A stretch of 64,000 nt of DNA, taken from contig JBMOKV010000435.1 in assembly GCA_049325495.1 (NCBI GenBank), forward strand, positions 12,124-76,123, in the 5' to 3' direction. The notes below the pieces were generated by a model. It was not told where the DNA came from. It ran no database searches and saw only the letters and a list, made by a program, of their open reading frames with translations. This DNA is from Candidatus Rifleibacteriota bacterium. Lineage in GTDB: Bacteria; Muiribacteriota; Ozemobacteria; Ozemobacterales; Ozemobacteraceae. Position 1 is the stretch's first letter. The number at the start of each line of letters is the position of its first letter. A program made the position numbers and the translations under genes. Of the stretch, positions 18,632-28,217 are shown piece by piece.

Positions 18632-19402
18632 ATGACCTCTTGTTTAAAATTATTCTTTGAAAAATTCCTGCGAATTCAGGATCGTCTTTGCCAGGTTTTT
18701 GACCGGTTTTTGCCCGTTTCATTCAAACGCTGGGGCTATCGGGATTTTATACTTGAAATTCTGCCGGGTAACCTGAAACCGGGAATGAAAATTCTCGATG
18801 CTGGGGGTGGCAAACGCCCGGTGATTACCCGACAGCAGAAGCAGAATCTGCAGCTCGAAATCATTGGTCTGGATATTTCGGCGGCAGAACTGGCTGAGGC
18901 ACCCGTCGGCCTTTATGATTCAATCATAATCGGTGACCTGGTTACTGCCAGAGAAATGGTCGAAGCTGATCTTGTCATTTGCCTGGCCGTTCTTGAGCAT
19001 GTTTCAAACACCGATTCGGCCATGAAAGCTATCGCTTCAATGTTGAAACCTGGTGGGCGGGCCCTGATTTTTGTTCCCAGCCGAAATTCACTGTTTGCAA
19101 GACTTAATTTGCTGCTTCCCGAGTCTTTGAAAAGGTTTTTGCTGCACCTGTTTTTTCGCCGATCGAGCGGCCAGCAGGGCTTCAAAAGTTACTACGACCG
19201 CTGCACCCCTTCGGCAATGAAATGCATGGCCATAGAAAATGGCCTGCAGGTCGAAGAGGAGCTTTATTATTTTCAAAGTGCATATTTTTCGGTTTTTTTG
19301 CCTCTGTACGCGCTTTATCGAATATTGACCCTGATTCAATTTTGTTGTTTCGGCAATGAAGCCGCCGAGACTTTTACCCTGGTTCTGCGAAAAAATTCCT
19401 GA
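18632..19402 (+). CDS. class I SAM-dependent methyltransferase
   Basis: ILDAGGGKRP (motif I) and MLKPGGRALIFVP (post-II), typical of Methyltransf_11/12. Confidence 0.7.
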   Translation: MTSCLKLFFEKFLRIQDRLCQVFDRFLPVSFKRWGYRDFILEILPGNLKPGMKILDAGGGKRPVITRQQKQNLQLEIIGLDISAAELAEAPVGLYDSIIIGDLVTAREMVEADLVICLAVLEHVSNTDSAMKAIASMLKPGGRALIFVPSRNSLFARLNLLLPESLKRFLLHLFFRRSSGQQGFKSYYDRCTPSAMKCMAIENGLQVEEELYYFQSAYFSVFLPLYALYRILTLIQFCCFGNEAAETFTLVLRKNS

Positions 19403-20594
19403 GGGCTGGTTTTATCTGATACCACAGCAGAAAAATGGCACACAGGGTTGCCACGGGGTGGGTCGCACATAGTCCGGTGAAACCCCAGATGTGGGCCATA
19501 ATTAGAGCCACGGCACAGCGAAAAATGGCAAGTTTTAGCATTGCCGCCGCCAGTTTTTTCTCAAAGCCCAGGCTGTAATACAGTGGAATCATAAAAGCAT
19601 TGGGAATGGACATCCAGATTGACAGCCAGAGATAAAGAGCTGCCACGGTAATTTCGGGCATCATGGAAAGCTTGAAATACCAGTAAATCAGGCCGGTTAT
19701 CATGGCAATGACACAAATTGCACCGGCGAGCTTGAAATGACGTTTGGCAACATATTTGAGTTCGGCCTGGTTACGGGTTTTAACCGCTTGATTGATCGCG
19801 GGGAAAACGGTCTGGGCACTTACATAAGATGGCCAGATGAACATTTTAAATGCCGAATCGAGGGTGCCGAAAACCCCGAGGGTGGCAGCACTGAGAAAGT
19901 GCCCGGCAACGAAAGTTTCAACCCTTCCGTAAACCGCCTGGGCAATTCCTACAGTTGCAAAAGGCAAGGCAACTTCAATCGAACCTTTAAATGAAGATTT
20001 TGAATTTTTAAACTGATGGGCTGCCGGATTATCGATGCTTACCAATTCAGTCCAGAAGCCAAGGGTAATGGCAATCAAAGCGATATCAGCTGAAAACCTG
20101 CCAAGTGCTGCACAGATTGCCAGAAATCCGGTTGCAACCATTATGTGCAAAACCGACCCCCGAAGTAGAAAGGTGAATTCCTGACGGGCATGACGGTAAC
20201 CCTGGTTTCCCAGGAGAATCACCCGGCCCAGACAGAAAAAAATGGCGATCAGCCCGGTGTCGGCCCAGCTCCAGCTCACTTCACCGAATCGATTAACCAG
20301 AATGAAACCCAGACCCATCAGCAGGCCGAGAAACCAGCGTATCAGCATTATGCCGGGTAGTTCCTGATGATCGGGCTGGCCATCGCTGCCAAAAAGCACC
20401 GGAAAAGCCCTTGACATGCCAAGATCAGCAATCTGCGTCGCGACAAAGGCAACATTTGAGACAAAGTAGAATTTGCCGGCTTCTTCACGGCTGCAGAAAA
20501 ACATTACCGCAAACTGCAGCAGCGGAATTCCCGCCAGACTGAGAGTTCTTGCCAGGCCAAAGGGAACGAATTTTTTGATAATGAAATCGAACAT
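19374..20594 (-). CDS. polytopic membrane protein, probable oligosaccharide flippase (MOP/Wzx-like)
   Basis: 406 aa with roughly 12 predicted TM helices. Lies inside the glycan cluster and converges on the methyltransferase gene. Confidence 0.4.
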   Translation of the reverse strand: MFDFIIKKFVPFGLARTLSLAGIPLLQFAVMFFCSREEAGKFYFVSNVAFVATQIADLGMSRAFPVLFGSDGQPDHQELPGIMLIRWFLGLLMGLGFILVNRFGEVSWSWADTGLIAIFFCLGRVILLGNQGYRHARQEFTFLLRGSVLHIMVATGFLAICAALGRFSADIALIAITLGFWTELVSIDNPAAHQFKNSKSSFKGSIEVALPFATVGIAQAVYGRVETFVAGHFLSAATLGVFGTLDSAFKMFIWPSYVSAQTVFPAINQAVKTRNQAELKYVAKRHFKLAGAICVIAMITGLIYWYFKLSMMPEITVAALYLWLSIWMSIPNAFMIPLYYSLGFEKKLAAAMLKLAIFRCAVALIMAHIWGFTGLCATHPVATLCAIFLLWYQIKPALRNFFAEPG

Positions 20595-20681
20595 CGCTTT
20601 TTGTCTGCTGAGTATATCGCAAAACCCGGTAATCTGGTATTTTTAATCTGTTAAATCGCAAGTTGAATTAGAGGTTGCCGC

Positions 20682-22619
20682 ATGTGTGGAATCGCGGGTC
20701 TGGTTGACACCCGTATTGCTGAAACAGAACTGCTTGATAGTCTGCAGAAAATGGTTGCTTTGCTGACTCATCGCGGCCCCGACTCGGGCAATTCTGTTGT
20801 TGAAAATGGCGTAGGACTTGGGCATCGCCGACTGGCAATCATCGATCTGTCAGATAATGCAAAACAGCCAATGAAATCAGCCTGTGGGCGATATATCATC
20901 TGCTTCAACGGAGAAATTTACAATTACCGTGAAATCAGGTCTAAGTTGCAGAATGAACGATTTCGCAGCAGTTCTGATGTTGAAGTTCTGCTGGAAGCAA
21001 TCGCCGCCTGGGGAATTGAAAAAACACTTGAAAAATTGCGGGGAATGTTTGCTTTTGCATTGTTTGACCGCCAGGATCACCAGATCTTTCTGGCGCGTGA
21101 CCATTTTGGTCAGAAGCCTTTATTTTTCGTTCATGAAAACCATCGTCTTGCTTTTGCCTCTGAACTGCGGGCCTTCAAATATCTTCCAGGACTACAGCTT
21201 GATTATGATGAACAGGCCCTTGCCGCCTATTTCCGCTATAACTGCATCGGAGCCCGGCGGTCGATTTTCAAACAGATCAGAAAAGTCACCGGTGGTTCGG
21301 TTTATTCCTTCAAAATTGCGAATGACCAGGTGATTCGCCAGCCCGACCGGAAATTCTGGAGTCTGGACAAGGCCTGGGAAAATCGCCAGCGTTTCACCGG
21401 CAGTTTTATCGATGCCAGACAACAGCTTAACGATCTGCTCAGCCAGGTAGTTAAGGAGCAGATGCGGTCAGATGTTCCGATTGGCTGCTTTCTGAGTGGT
21501 GGAACCGACTCGACGCTGCTGGCAGGTCTGATGAAGCAGCATGCCGATTTCGAGCTGCCGACTTTCACCGTTGCCTTTTCCGACAAGAATTATGACGAAT
21601 CGGCGGTTGCCCGATTTTATGCCAGCCAGCTGAGAACCCGGCACCATGAGATTCTTGCCGATGAAAACGAGATGCTGCAGATGGTTCGGCTGAGCGCTGT
21701 TGCTTATGACGAGCCTTTTGCCGATACTTCGCAACTGCCAACCCTGCTGTTGTGCAGACAAGCGCGCCGCCAGGTCAAAGTATGCCTCTCGGGCGACGGC
21801 GCCGACGAAATTTTCGGGGGTTATTACCGGCATCTGCTTATTCCTGCCATGCTCAGGATGAAGCAGGGGATTTTCGGGCCGGCCCTGGCAGTAATGGCTG
21901 ACGTGGTAAAGGGACTGCCACTGATAAAGCTTGAAAGGCTGGGGAAGATGTTCGAGAAAACGGGTCTGATTCTGCCACGGCATGGGGCTCAAAAGTTGCA
22001 CAAGATGGCTTGTGCCTTTTCCCAAAATGATCTTGCGGCGATGCATGAAGACCTGATGAACAACTGGAAAACCGATGATCTGCCGTTCCCGAAAAATTGT
22101 CAGCGAATTCCCGCTTCCGCATCTCCGAGCCGCCAGAGTATGTTGATCGATCTTGAAACCTATCTTCCAGACGACATTCTGCCCAAGGTTGACCGTGCAG
22201 CCATGCATTTTGGCCTTGAAACCAGGATGCCCTACCTCGACCTGCGGGTTGTCGATTTCGCTTTTTCGCTGCCAGATGAGTTTTTCTTTCATAAAGGCGC
22301 CCAGAAAAGAATACTGCGCGAACTGCGCGACTCGATTTATGTTGAAAATCTTTCGCCGGGCGGCAAAACCGGGTTTTCACCTTCCCTGCCTGCAATGCTG
22401 CGCGGGTCTTTGCGTTCATGGGCCGAAGATCGTCTGGCTTCTCCGTTGCTGAGTGATCTGGGCTTTGGCCGTCAGACCATTTTTAAACGCTGGCATGAGT
22501 TTCTCAGGGGGCAGGCCGACTGGTCGTTTTCTCTTTGGGCTCTGGTTCAGTTTGTTAACTGGCATGAGCATTTTCGCCGGGAAAATAGTATAATTTCAAA
22601 TGAGCGCAGTGCAAATTAA
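20682..22619 (+). CDS. asparagine synthase family amidotransferase (AsnB paralogue, WbpS-like)
   Basis: N-terminal MCGIAGL...RGPD...HRRLAIIDLS Ntn-glutaminase domain. SGGTDS PP-loop. 645 aa. The sequence is diverged from housekeeping asnB. Confidence 0.85.
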   Translation: MCGIAGLVDTRIAETELLDSLQKMVALLTHRGPDSGNSVVENGVGLGHRRLAIIDLSDNAKQPMKSACGRYIICFNGEIYNYREIRSKLQNERFRSSSDVEVLLEAIAAWGIEKTLEKLRGMFAFALFDRQDHQIFLARDHFGQKPLFFVHENHRLAFASELRAFKYLPGLQLDYDEQALAAYFRYNCIGARRSIFKQIRKVTGGSVYSFKIANDQVIRQPDRKFWSLDKAWENRQRFTGSFIDARQQLNDLLSQVVKEQMRSDVPIGCFLSGGTDSTLLAGLMKQHADFELPTFTVAFSDKNYDESAVARFYASQLRTRHHEILADENEMLQMVRLSAVAYDEPFADTSQLPTLLLCRQARRQVKVCLSGDGADEIFGGYYRHLLIPAMLRMKQGIFGPALAVMADVVKGLPLIKLERLGKMFEKTGLILPRHGAQKLHKMACAFSQNDLAAMHEDLMNNWKTDDLPFPKNCQRIPASASPSRQSMLIDLETYLPDDILPKVDRAAMHFGLETRMPYLDLRVVDFAFSLPDEFFFHKGAQKRILRELRDSIYVENLSPGGKTGFSPSLPAMLRGSLRSWAEDRLASPLLSDLGFGRQTIFKRWHEFLRGQADWSFSLWALVQFVNWHEHFRRENSIISNERSAN

Positions 22620-22624
22620 GGAGC

Positions 22625-22900
22625 TTGTTTATGAAGAAAATTCTACTGTCGGCCCTGGTTGGTTCTTTGCTTTTTGCCGGTTGTGGCAGTGAGCCCGAAG
22701 CTAAGCCGGCTACCCCGGCTCCCGCTGCAGCACCGGCCAAAGAAATGAGCAAGACCGACCAGCTTCATCAGAAGGCAAAAGTAGCTGAGGCTGCCAGCAT
22801 TGTGGGTTATGACGGCAAGGACATCAGGCAGAAGCTCGATAAAATTATCGACGAAAACGCTGCCCACGAAAAAATGCTGAAAGACGTCAACGACCTGTAA
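22625..22900 (+). CDS. small lipoprotein
   Basis: Signal peptide with lipobox LFAGC. Ala/Pro-rich linker. Confidence 0.55.
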   Translation: MFMKKILLSALVGSLLFAGCGSEPEAKPATPAPAAAPAKEMSKTDQLHQKAKVAEAASIVGYDGKDIRQKLDKIIDENAAHEKMLKDVNDL

Positions 22901-23350
22901 TCATTTAACTTTCTGGCCGCAACCGGTGCAGAATTTATTCGACGGTTTAAGCTTATTGCCACATTTTGTACAGAAATTCTTTGAAGCTGTCTGAACCTGG
23001 TTTTCGCCGGTGTTTTTTTCTTTGTTGTTCTTGCAGCACTCCTGCCACGCCCGATAATCATCCGCCGGAACAGTTGATACAGAGGCTGGCGAAATTTTGA
23101 CCGCCAGGTTTTCTGCTTTTTCAGGTTCATTAACTTGAGGATCACCTTCAGACCAGCATTGCCGCGTATTGTCGAATTTAAGCCAGAGTCCGGTGTCTTC
23201 ATCGATTTTCCACGTTGAACCATCCCGGTCGATGACTTCAAGTCGGGTATCGATCGCTTCGCGTAATTCGTCCAGGCTGATTGCGCCCGTCACCCAGGCG
23301 TTTTTTAACAGTTCAAATTCCTTTTTTGCCTGTTTGAAATCCATTTTCAT
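22901..23350 (-). CDS. hypothetical protein with C-terminal double zinc-ribbon
   Basis: C-terminal CTKCGNKLKPSNKFCTGCGQKV. Last gene of a three-gene minus-strand operon. Confidence 0.55.
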   Translation of the reverse strand: MKMDFKQAKKEFELLKNAWVTGAISLDELREAIDTRLEVIDRDGSTWKIDEDTGLWLKFDNTRQCWSEGDPQVNEPEKAENLAVKISPASVSTVPADDYRAWQECCKNNKEKNTGENQVQTASKNFCTKCGNKLKPSNKFCTGCGQKVK

Positions 23351-23353
23351 ACC

Positions 23354-26300
23354 TCAATCCATCATGCTGTTCATCGAAGCGATCTTATCCCCAAACGAAT
23401 CGGCAAAATCATTAAGCGAATTGAAACCACTCTTTTTTACCAGATTTTCAACGTAGGAAGGCGATTTTTCAAGGTTTACAGCTTTTTCCATAAGACTGAT
23501 GAGACCGCTGATTTTCGAGTCGTCGGCCTGCCGTTTACCCATCATATTGAGCAGATCATGTCTGGGTTTGTAAATATTCTTGTACTGTTTGACCAGCTGG
23601 CTCATGCCTTCGAGTCTGAACGATTCGCCTTCTATGGAGTTGCCTGCCTGGATAGTATCAGAAGCTTTGTTAAACCAGTGCTTTGCTTTGTAAGAGGCAG
23701 TCATGCCGATCTGACCACCGTCATCAAGCTTTTCAGGCAGACCGTTTTTGTTCATAACTCTTTCAAAATCAAGGTTTTCGGCCTGGCCTTTTTCGTAATT
23801 CATTCGCTTGATTCCATAAGCTTCGGCATCACCACTGTCAATCATGTACTGATCATATTTGTCGAGCAGCTCATCTGGTCCGAGTTTTTCGGCTTTTTTG
23901 TGACCGACACTGCGGTAAAATTCACGGCCGTAGGCGTCTTTAAGATTTTCTTTTGGATATTCCATGGTCTTGAGTTTTCCGTTCTTGTCAAGAAAGGTAT
24001 ATTCTACTGCCACATCACGATCTGAGCCTACCTTAACCCGGTTAGTCGAATTACTGGCATTGGTCATTTTCAAATCTTTGCTTGAAATATTGATTCCCTG
24101 AGATTTCAGATCCTGAATGATTTTTTTCTTTACCCGCTGGTCAATTGAAGCATAGAATCTGCTCATTTCATTGTTAAAAGCTGTTTTAAGCTCGTTCGAT
24201 TTTTGATTGATCATTTTCAGGGCAAATTTATCTGATTGAATATCGAGCATGAAATCACGAATGGCTTTTTTATCACCGCTCTTGATTGCATTTTCAAAGC
24301 CATCCAGTCTGGCGCCGGCTTTTTCCATGCCCAGAATGGCAGCATCATCAATATTGCCCCCGGGGTTTTCGGTCTGTTTAAATCCTTTTTTCTCAGCCAG
24401 TTCCCCGGATTTTTTCAGCAGAAATTTCAAAGCCGCCGCAGCAGTTACCGAAAGGGCAGCTTTTTTTGCCGCCTCAATCAGGGGCAGTTTGTGCAGCGTC
24501 AGGTTGGCGATGAAATGATAGACAAACTGTACCGACCAGGCTATGGCGAGCACCTTTTTGTTATTTGAATATCTGGCGACAAATTTATCCGGGTCGAGGC
24601 CCGTCGCACCCATTTCGATGAGCATGTCGCGAATGTCGGCCCATAAGTATTGCTCGAGCCATTGCTCGAAGGTTTTTTCCTGCTGGTAGGCCTGAATTGC
24701 CGAAACCAGTATGTCGTATATCTCACCGACGGCCATGGCTTTAAAAACCCCAAGCTTGAGTTTGTTGGCAATGAGAAAATCGGTGGCCAGTCGACCGGTC
24801 CATTGGGCAAATTTCAGGGTGCCTTCGATGAAAAAGGCCCAGCGTTCGACGCTCTCATACCCCGATAATCCCTCTGCTTCCCAAAGAGCCTGGCCAGCTT
24901 TCCAGATTTTCAGACGAAGCTCGTAAAGCCCCTTGGCACCAAGAAAAGCAGCCCGGCTGTCGAGAAATTCAAACAAACGTTTTTGATGTTGAGTCGGAAG
25001 CTTGCCAATGATGAGTCTGCATCTTTCGAGTTCGATCTGCCAGCCGCGGCTTTCTGCCTGCATCAGTTCAACGTCGAGCATAAGTGGAACCGCCAGCCGG
25101 TTTTGCCCAGAAGAATCACGCAGCCAGGCAGTGGCGAAATAATTTTCTCCCTGTCCGGGAAGAAGTCTTGCCGTTTTTACTTTGAAAACAAAGGTTGCGG
25201 GCTCGTCCTTCTCAAAACCGCGCAGGTTGCGCCAGCCACAGTCGGTGCCCGTGCAGCGAAATACGGGTGCGGCGGTAGAAAATGCTTTTTTTGATTTTTC
25301 CGATGAAGTATCAATCTGGGGTTCGAAGCTGAGTTGCTGCAGCAGATCGAAATCGGTGGTAATTTTGCCGTCATGGGTTGCCAGGGCCGTAATTTCTATT
25401 TCACTTTCGCTTTCTCCATCGGCGGCAATGCGCACCGGGCAATGACCTGCCAGAATCAGGCCCTGGCGTGCAGAGGTAAGGCTCATTGAGGTTTCGAGTT
25501 TTTCTCCGGTTTTCTCATGCTGAGCTTTGATAAAAATAGACGAGGTGATCGAACGGCCGGCACCTTCGGGAAGCCTGGCCGCCTGAATGCTGATGCGGCA
25601 TGAGGTGGCAGAAATACTTGAGCAGCTGTAGCCTGCAATTGCATTTTCCAGACCGGAAACTACCTCGACGTGGAAAGACCAGGCGGCATCTGAATTGATT
25701 ATTCTCGCTGTGACTTCCGGATGGGATGAAGTTCCTTCGATCATTACCAGGGCAGGCCTGTTAAGTATGATCGAAGGTCGCGCGGGGTCCTGTTCTTCAT
25801 TGATTTCGCTGGTTGTGTCGTTGCTGGTCGGGCTTATTTCGTTGTTACCTGGTGCTTCTTCTGACTCTTCGTCTGACACTGCTAATTTTTCAGGGGAGGG
25901 CGGAGTCAGGGAACTGGCCGATCCTGAAAGTCCCAGCGCAAGAAACATTATTGCAAAAACAATACCGGCTGGCAGGGCCAGGTCTGAAGTTAAACCGGGA
26001 ATCACTATTTTGTCTTCGTCGCCCGGTTGAGGAAAACCGACGCAGGTGGTTGCAACATTTTTGCCTGTTGCCGCATCTCTTTCGTTTAGATAGACCAGAA
26101 TCTGAACTTGATCCGGGCTTGAAATCGGCGGAATTTTCCAATCGGCGACTGAAATGGTGCTGCGGACCTGGGTAGATCTGATTCCGGGATTGAGCAGGTC
26201 TGAATGCTTTATCAGATTGACTCCGATTATATAGGTCGATGTGTAAATCGGCTTTTCATACTTATCATACCCGGTAATGGCATTGCTGGTTGATCTTTGA

Positions 26301-26635
26301 ATTATGCCTTCTGCATGAGGAAGGTGAGGCCACATTGAAGGAGAAAGAAAATAAATGGTTTGCGGTTCAGCACTGTAGCGGAAACCGATAATCGGTTGAA
26401 CCGTTTTTACCGCAACTTTTTTCACGTTCGAAGGATCAGTCATGTTGACAATCTGGCGTTGAATGCTGCCAACCGAAACCACTTTGAACTTTAAAACTTC
26501 GTAAATGCCATCGCGGTAATGTGAAAAATCGCTGAGCTTGTTTATTTCATCGGCCTGGCCGTAAAGGCAGATCATCGAAGAGAAAATCACGAGCAACAAC
26601 AAAACTACTGATTTAATTAAGCGATTAAATCTCAT
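23354..26635 (-). CDS. large (1093 aa) membrane-anchored protein of unknown function
   Basis: N-terminal signal peptide. An internal TM helix at about aa 215-240 (VFAIMFLALGLSG). An acidic linker. A roughly 550-aa helical C-terminal region. Its codon usage is AT-richer than the surrounding genes. Confidence 0.6.
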   Translation of the reverse strand: MRFNRLIKSVVLLLLVIFSSMICLYGQADEINKLSDFSHYRDGIYEVLKFKVVSVGSIQRQIVNMTDPSNVKKVAVKTVQPIIGFRYSAEPQTIYFLSPSMWPHLPHAEGIIQRSTSNAITGYDKYEKPIYTSTYIIGVNLIKHSDLLNPGIRSTQVRSTISVADWKIPPISSPDQVQILVYLNERDAATGKNVATTCVGFPQPGDEDKIVIPGLTSDLALPAGIVFAIMFLALGLSGSASSLTPPSPEKLAVSDEESEEAPGNNEISPTSNDTTSEINEEQDPARPSIILNRPALVMIEGTSSHPEVTARIINSDAAWSFHVEVVSGLENAIAGYSCSSISATSCRISIQAARLPEGAGRSITSSIFIKAQHEKTGEKLETSMSLTSARQGLILAGHCPVRIAADGESESEIEITALATHDGKITTDFDLLQQLSFEPQIDTSSEKSKKAFSTAAPVFRCTGTDCGWRNLRGFEKDEPATFVFKVKTARLLPGQGENYFATAWLRDSSGQNRLAVPLMLDVELMQAESRGWQIELERCRLIIGKLPTQHQKRLFEFLDSRAAFLGAKGLYELRLKIWKAGQALWEAEGLSGYESVERWAFFIEGTLKFAQWTGRLATDFLIANKLKLGVFKAMAVGEIYDILVSAIQAYQQEKTFEQWLEQYLWADIRDMLIEMGATGLDPDKFVARYSNNKKVLAIAWSVQFVYHFIANLTLHKLPLIEAAKKAALSVTAAAALKFLLKKSGELAEKKGFKQTENPGGNIDDAAILGMEKAGARLDGFENAIKSGDKKAIRDFMLDIQSDKFALKMINQKSNELKTAFNNEMSRFYASIDQRVKKKIIQDLKSQGINISSKDLKMTNASNSTNRVKVGSDRDVAVEYTFLDKNGKLKTMEYPKENLKDAYGREFYRSVGHKKAEKLGPDELLDKYDQYMIDSGDAEAYGIKRMNYEKGQAENLDFERVMNKNGLPEKLDDGGQIGMTASYKAKHWFNKASDTIQAGNSIEGESFRLEGMSQLVKQYKNIYKPRHDLLNMMGKRQADDSKISGLISLMEKAVNLEKSPSYVENLVKKSGFNSLNDFADSFGDKIASMNSMMD

Positions 26636-27443
26636 TTGAATTGCCCCTTTTCTGCCTGATCATGCCGATGATCACCATAAAAACGATAACTGCCGTAAAA
26701 ATTGTATTGCTGTTACCATGGTCAGAGCTGAAAATCAACAATGATTCAATTGCCAGACCGGCAGAAAAACCCCGCACAAATTCGTGGGCAGGAATCAATT
26801 GATTGTTTAAAATTCCGGTCTTGTAGAAATTTTGCCAGAAAAAGCGAAGAAAATAAACCAGACCACTGTGCTGTGGAACGATCGATGCAAGATGTGCTGA
26901 AATGAAAAGGGTAAGTGTGATCAAAGGATTGTTCAGCATGGCACAGGATACTGCACCAGAAGTCATGCCAAAGGCAAATGAGGACGTCGCAGTATTTCTG
27001 AAAATGTTCAACCAGCTAAATAGACCTTTCAAGGTCAGCCACCAGCTTTTTAAAATGCCGGTTCTCCAGAATTTTTCCATGAGAGAAAAGCCAGTCAGTA
27101 CCGCTAATGAGCTGAGAATACAGCCTTTCAACATGTTATTGGGAGATATGGCAAATTCTTTTAAAAAGTACATCTGGTTTGCGGAAAGAATATTCTGGTT
27201 TTCGATGAATTTGAAAAAATCAGGCAATCCAATGGCAATGAAAGTGCCAATCAAGGCTTTAAACAGGTTTTTTAAAAAGCTGGTGAAGAATCCGCGAAAA
27301 ATCTGGCTGATAAATTGAGCTACAGAGATTGGCAATTGCTGGTTCAGTTCTGGATTTTGAATTTGACTCATTATTCTATTCCGGAAATCAGGCTGATTTT
27401 TAAATTTTTTTTCTTGAAACTTGCCTGCCAGAGACTTTATCAT
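26625..27443 (-). CDS. polytopic membrane protein
   Basis: 272 aa with multiple hydrophobic helices. Overlaps the downstream large gene by 11 bp. Confidence 0.55.
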   Translation of the reverse strand: MIKSLAGKFQEKKFKNQPDFRNRIMSQIQNPELNQQLPISVAQFISQIFRGFFTSFLKNLFKALIGTFIAIGLPDFFKFIENQNILSANQMYFLKEFAISPNNMLKGCILSSLAVLTGFSLMEKFWRTGILKSWWLTLKGLFSWLNIFRNTATSSFAFGMTSGAVSCAMLNNPLITLTLFISAHLASIVPQHSGLVYFLRFFWQNFYKTGILNNQLIPAHEFVRGFSAGLAIESLLIFSSDHGNSNTIFTAVIVFMVIIGMIRQKRGNSNEI

Positions 27444-27472
27444 TTTTGCAATTATTAATAAAGGCTTGAAAA

Positions 27473-28213
27473 GTGAAAAATGAATTTTTGTTTCGATGGA
27501 TTTGCCCCCTGATCGCTATTTTGTTTCTATTTCTTTCTCAAATTGTCAGTGCAGAACAGGTTTATCGGGTACCCGGCCGGATTACCGGAATTGTTGGTGA
27601 ATCGTCGAGCTTCGTTTTAAAAGTTGAGAAAACTGGCCGTTATCTTTTCAATTACCGCAAATCATCGAGTGAAGCCAGGCAGGGTTATGCATCAGTCAGT
27701 TCGAAGTTTCAGAATGATGTAAAAATAGAACTTTTCGATGGGGCAGGCAGAAAGATTGCCGACAACCATTATCCAGAAGACCGTGAAAATGAGCGAAAGG
27801 CTTATTATGGGGACTTTTTTTCAATTACCCTTAAAGAACCTGGTGATTTAAAATTAAATTTTTCGCCTTTGTCTCAGGCGGCCAGAGCAACCACATTCAG
27901 TCTCACCGTCGATTATGTTCCCCCACCGACGATTATTGCAGGCTTGACCCTCGACAATTTTCTGGCAATGGTTGCCACTTTCGTGCTGCTTTTTGGGATG
28001 CTGATTTTTTACCGTCTGATCATTAAACCCATGGCAGGTTTGAATGTTGCCCAGGTTATGCAGCGTGGAGAAGAGCTTCGCCAGGCGAGAAAAGAAGCCG
28101 AAGGTCAGGTTCTGGTTGCGGCGACCACTGAGACTTCTGATTTTTGCCCTGTTTGCGGTTTACCACGCGAGCCTGGAGCGACTTTCTGTGGTGAATGCGG
28201 CGCAAAAGTTTAA
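27473..28213 (+). CDS. single-pass membrane protein with extracytoplasmic N-domain and cytoplasmic C-terminal zinc-ribbon
   Basis: Signal peptide. TM helix at about aa 155-180. C-terminal CPVCGLPREPGATFCGECGAKV. Confidence 0.55.
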   Translation: MKNEFLFRWICPLIAILFLFLSQIVSAEQVYRVPGRITGIVGESSSFVLKVEKTGRYLFNYRKSSSEARQGYASVSSKFQNDVKIELFDGAGRKIADNHYPEDRENERKAYYGDFFSITLKEPGDLKLNFSPLSQAARATTFSLTVDYVPPPTIIAGLTLDNFLAMVATFVLLFGMLIFYRLIIKPMAGLNVAQVMQRGEELRQARKEAEGQVLVAATTETSDFCPVCGLPREPGATFCGECGAKV

Positions 28214-28217
28214 TCTT

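Noticed and set aside
21468-22419. Two overlapping minus-strand ORFs (274 aa and 188 aa)
   Set aside because: Antisense to the AsnB-like amidotransferase, which has strong family motifs. Artefacts.
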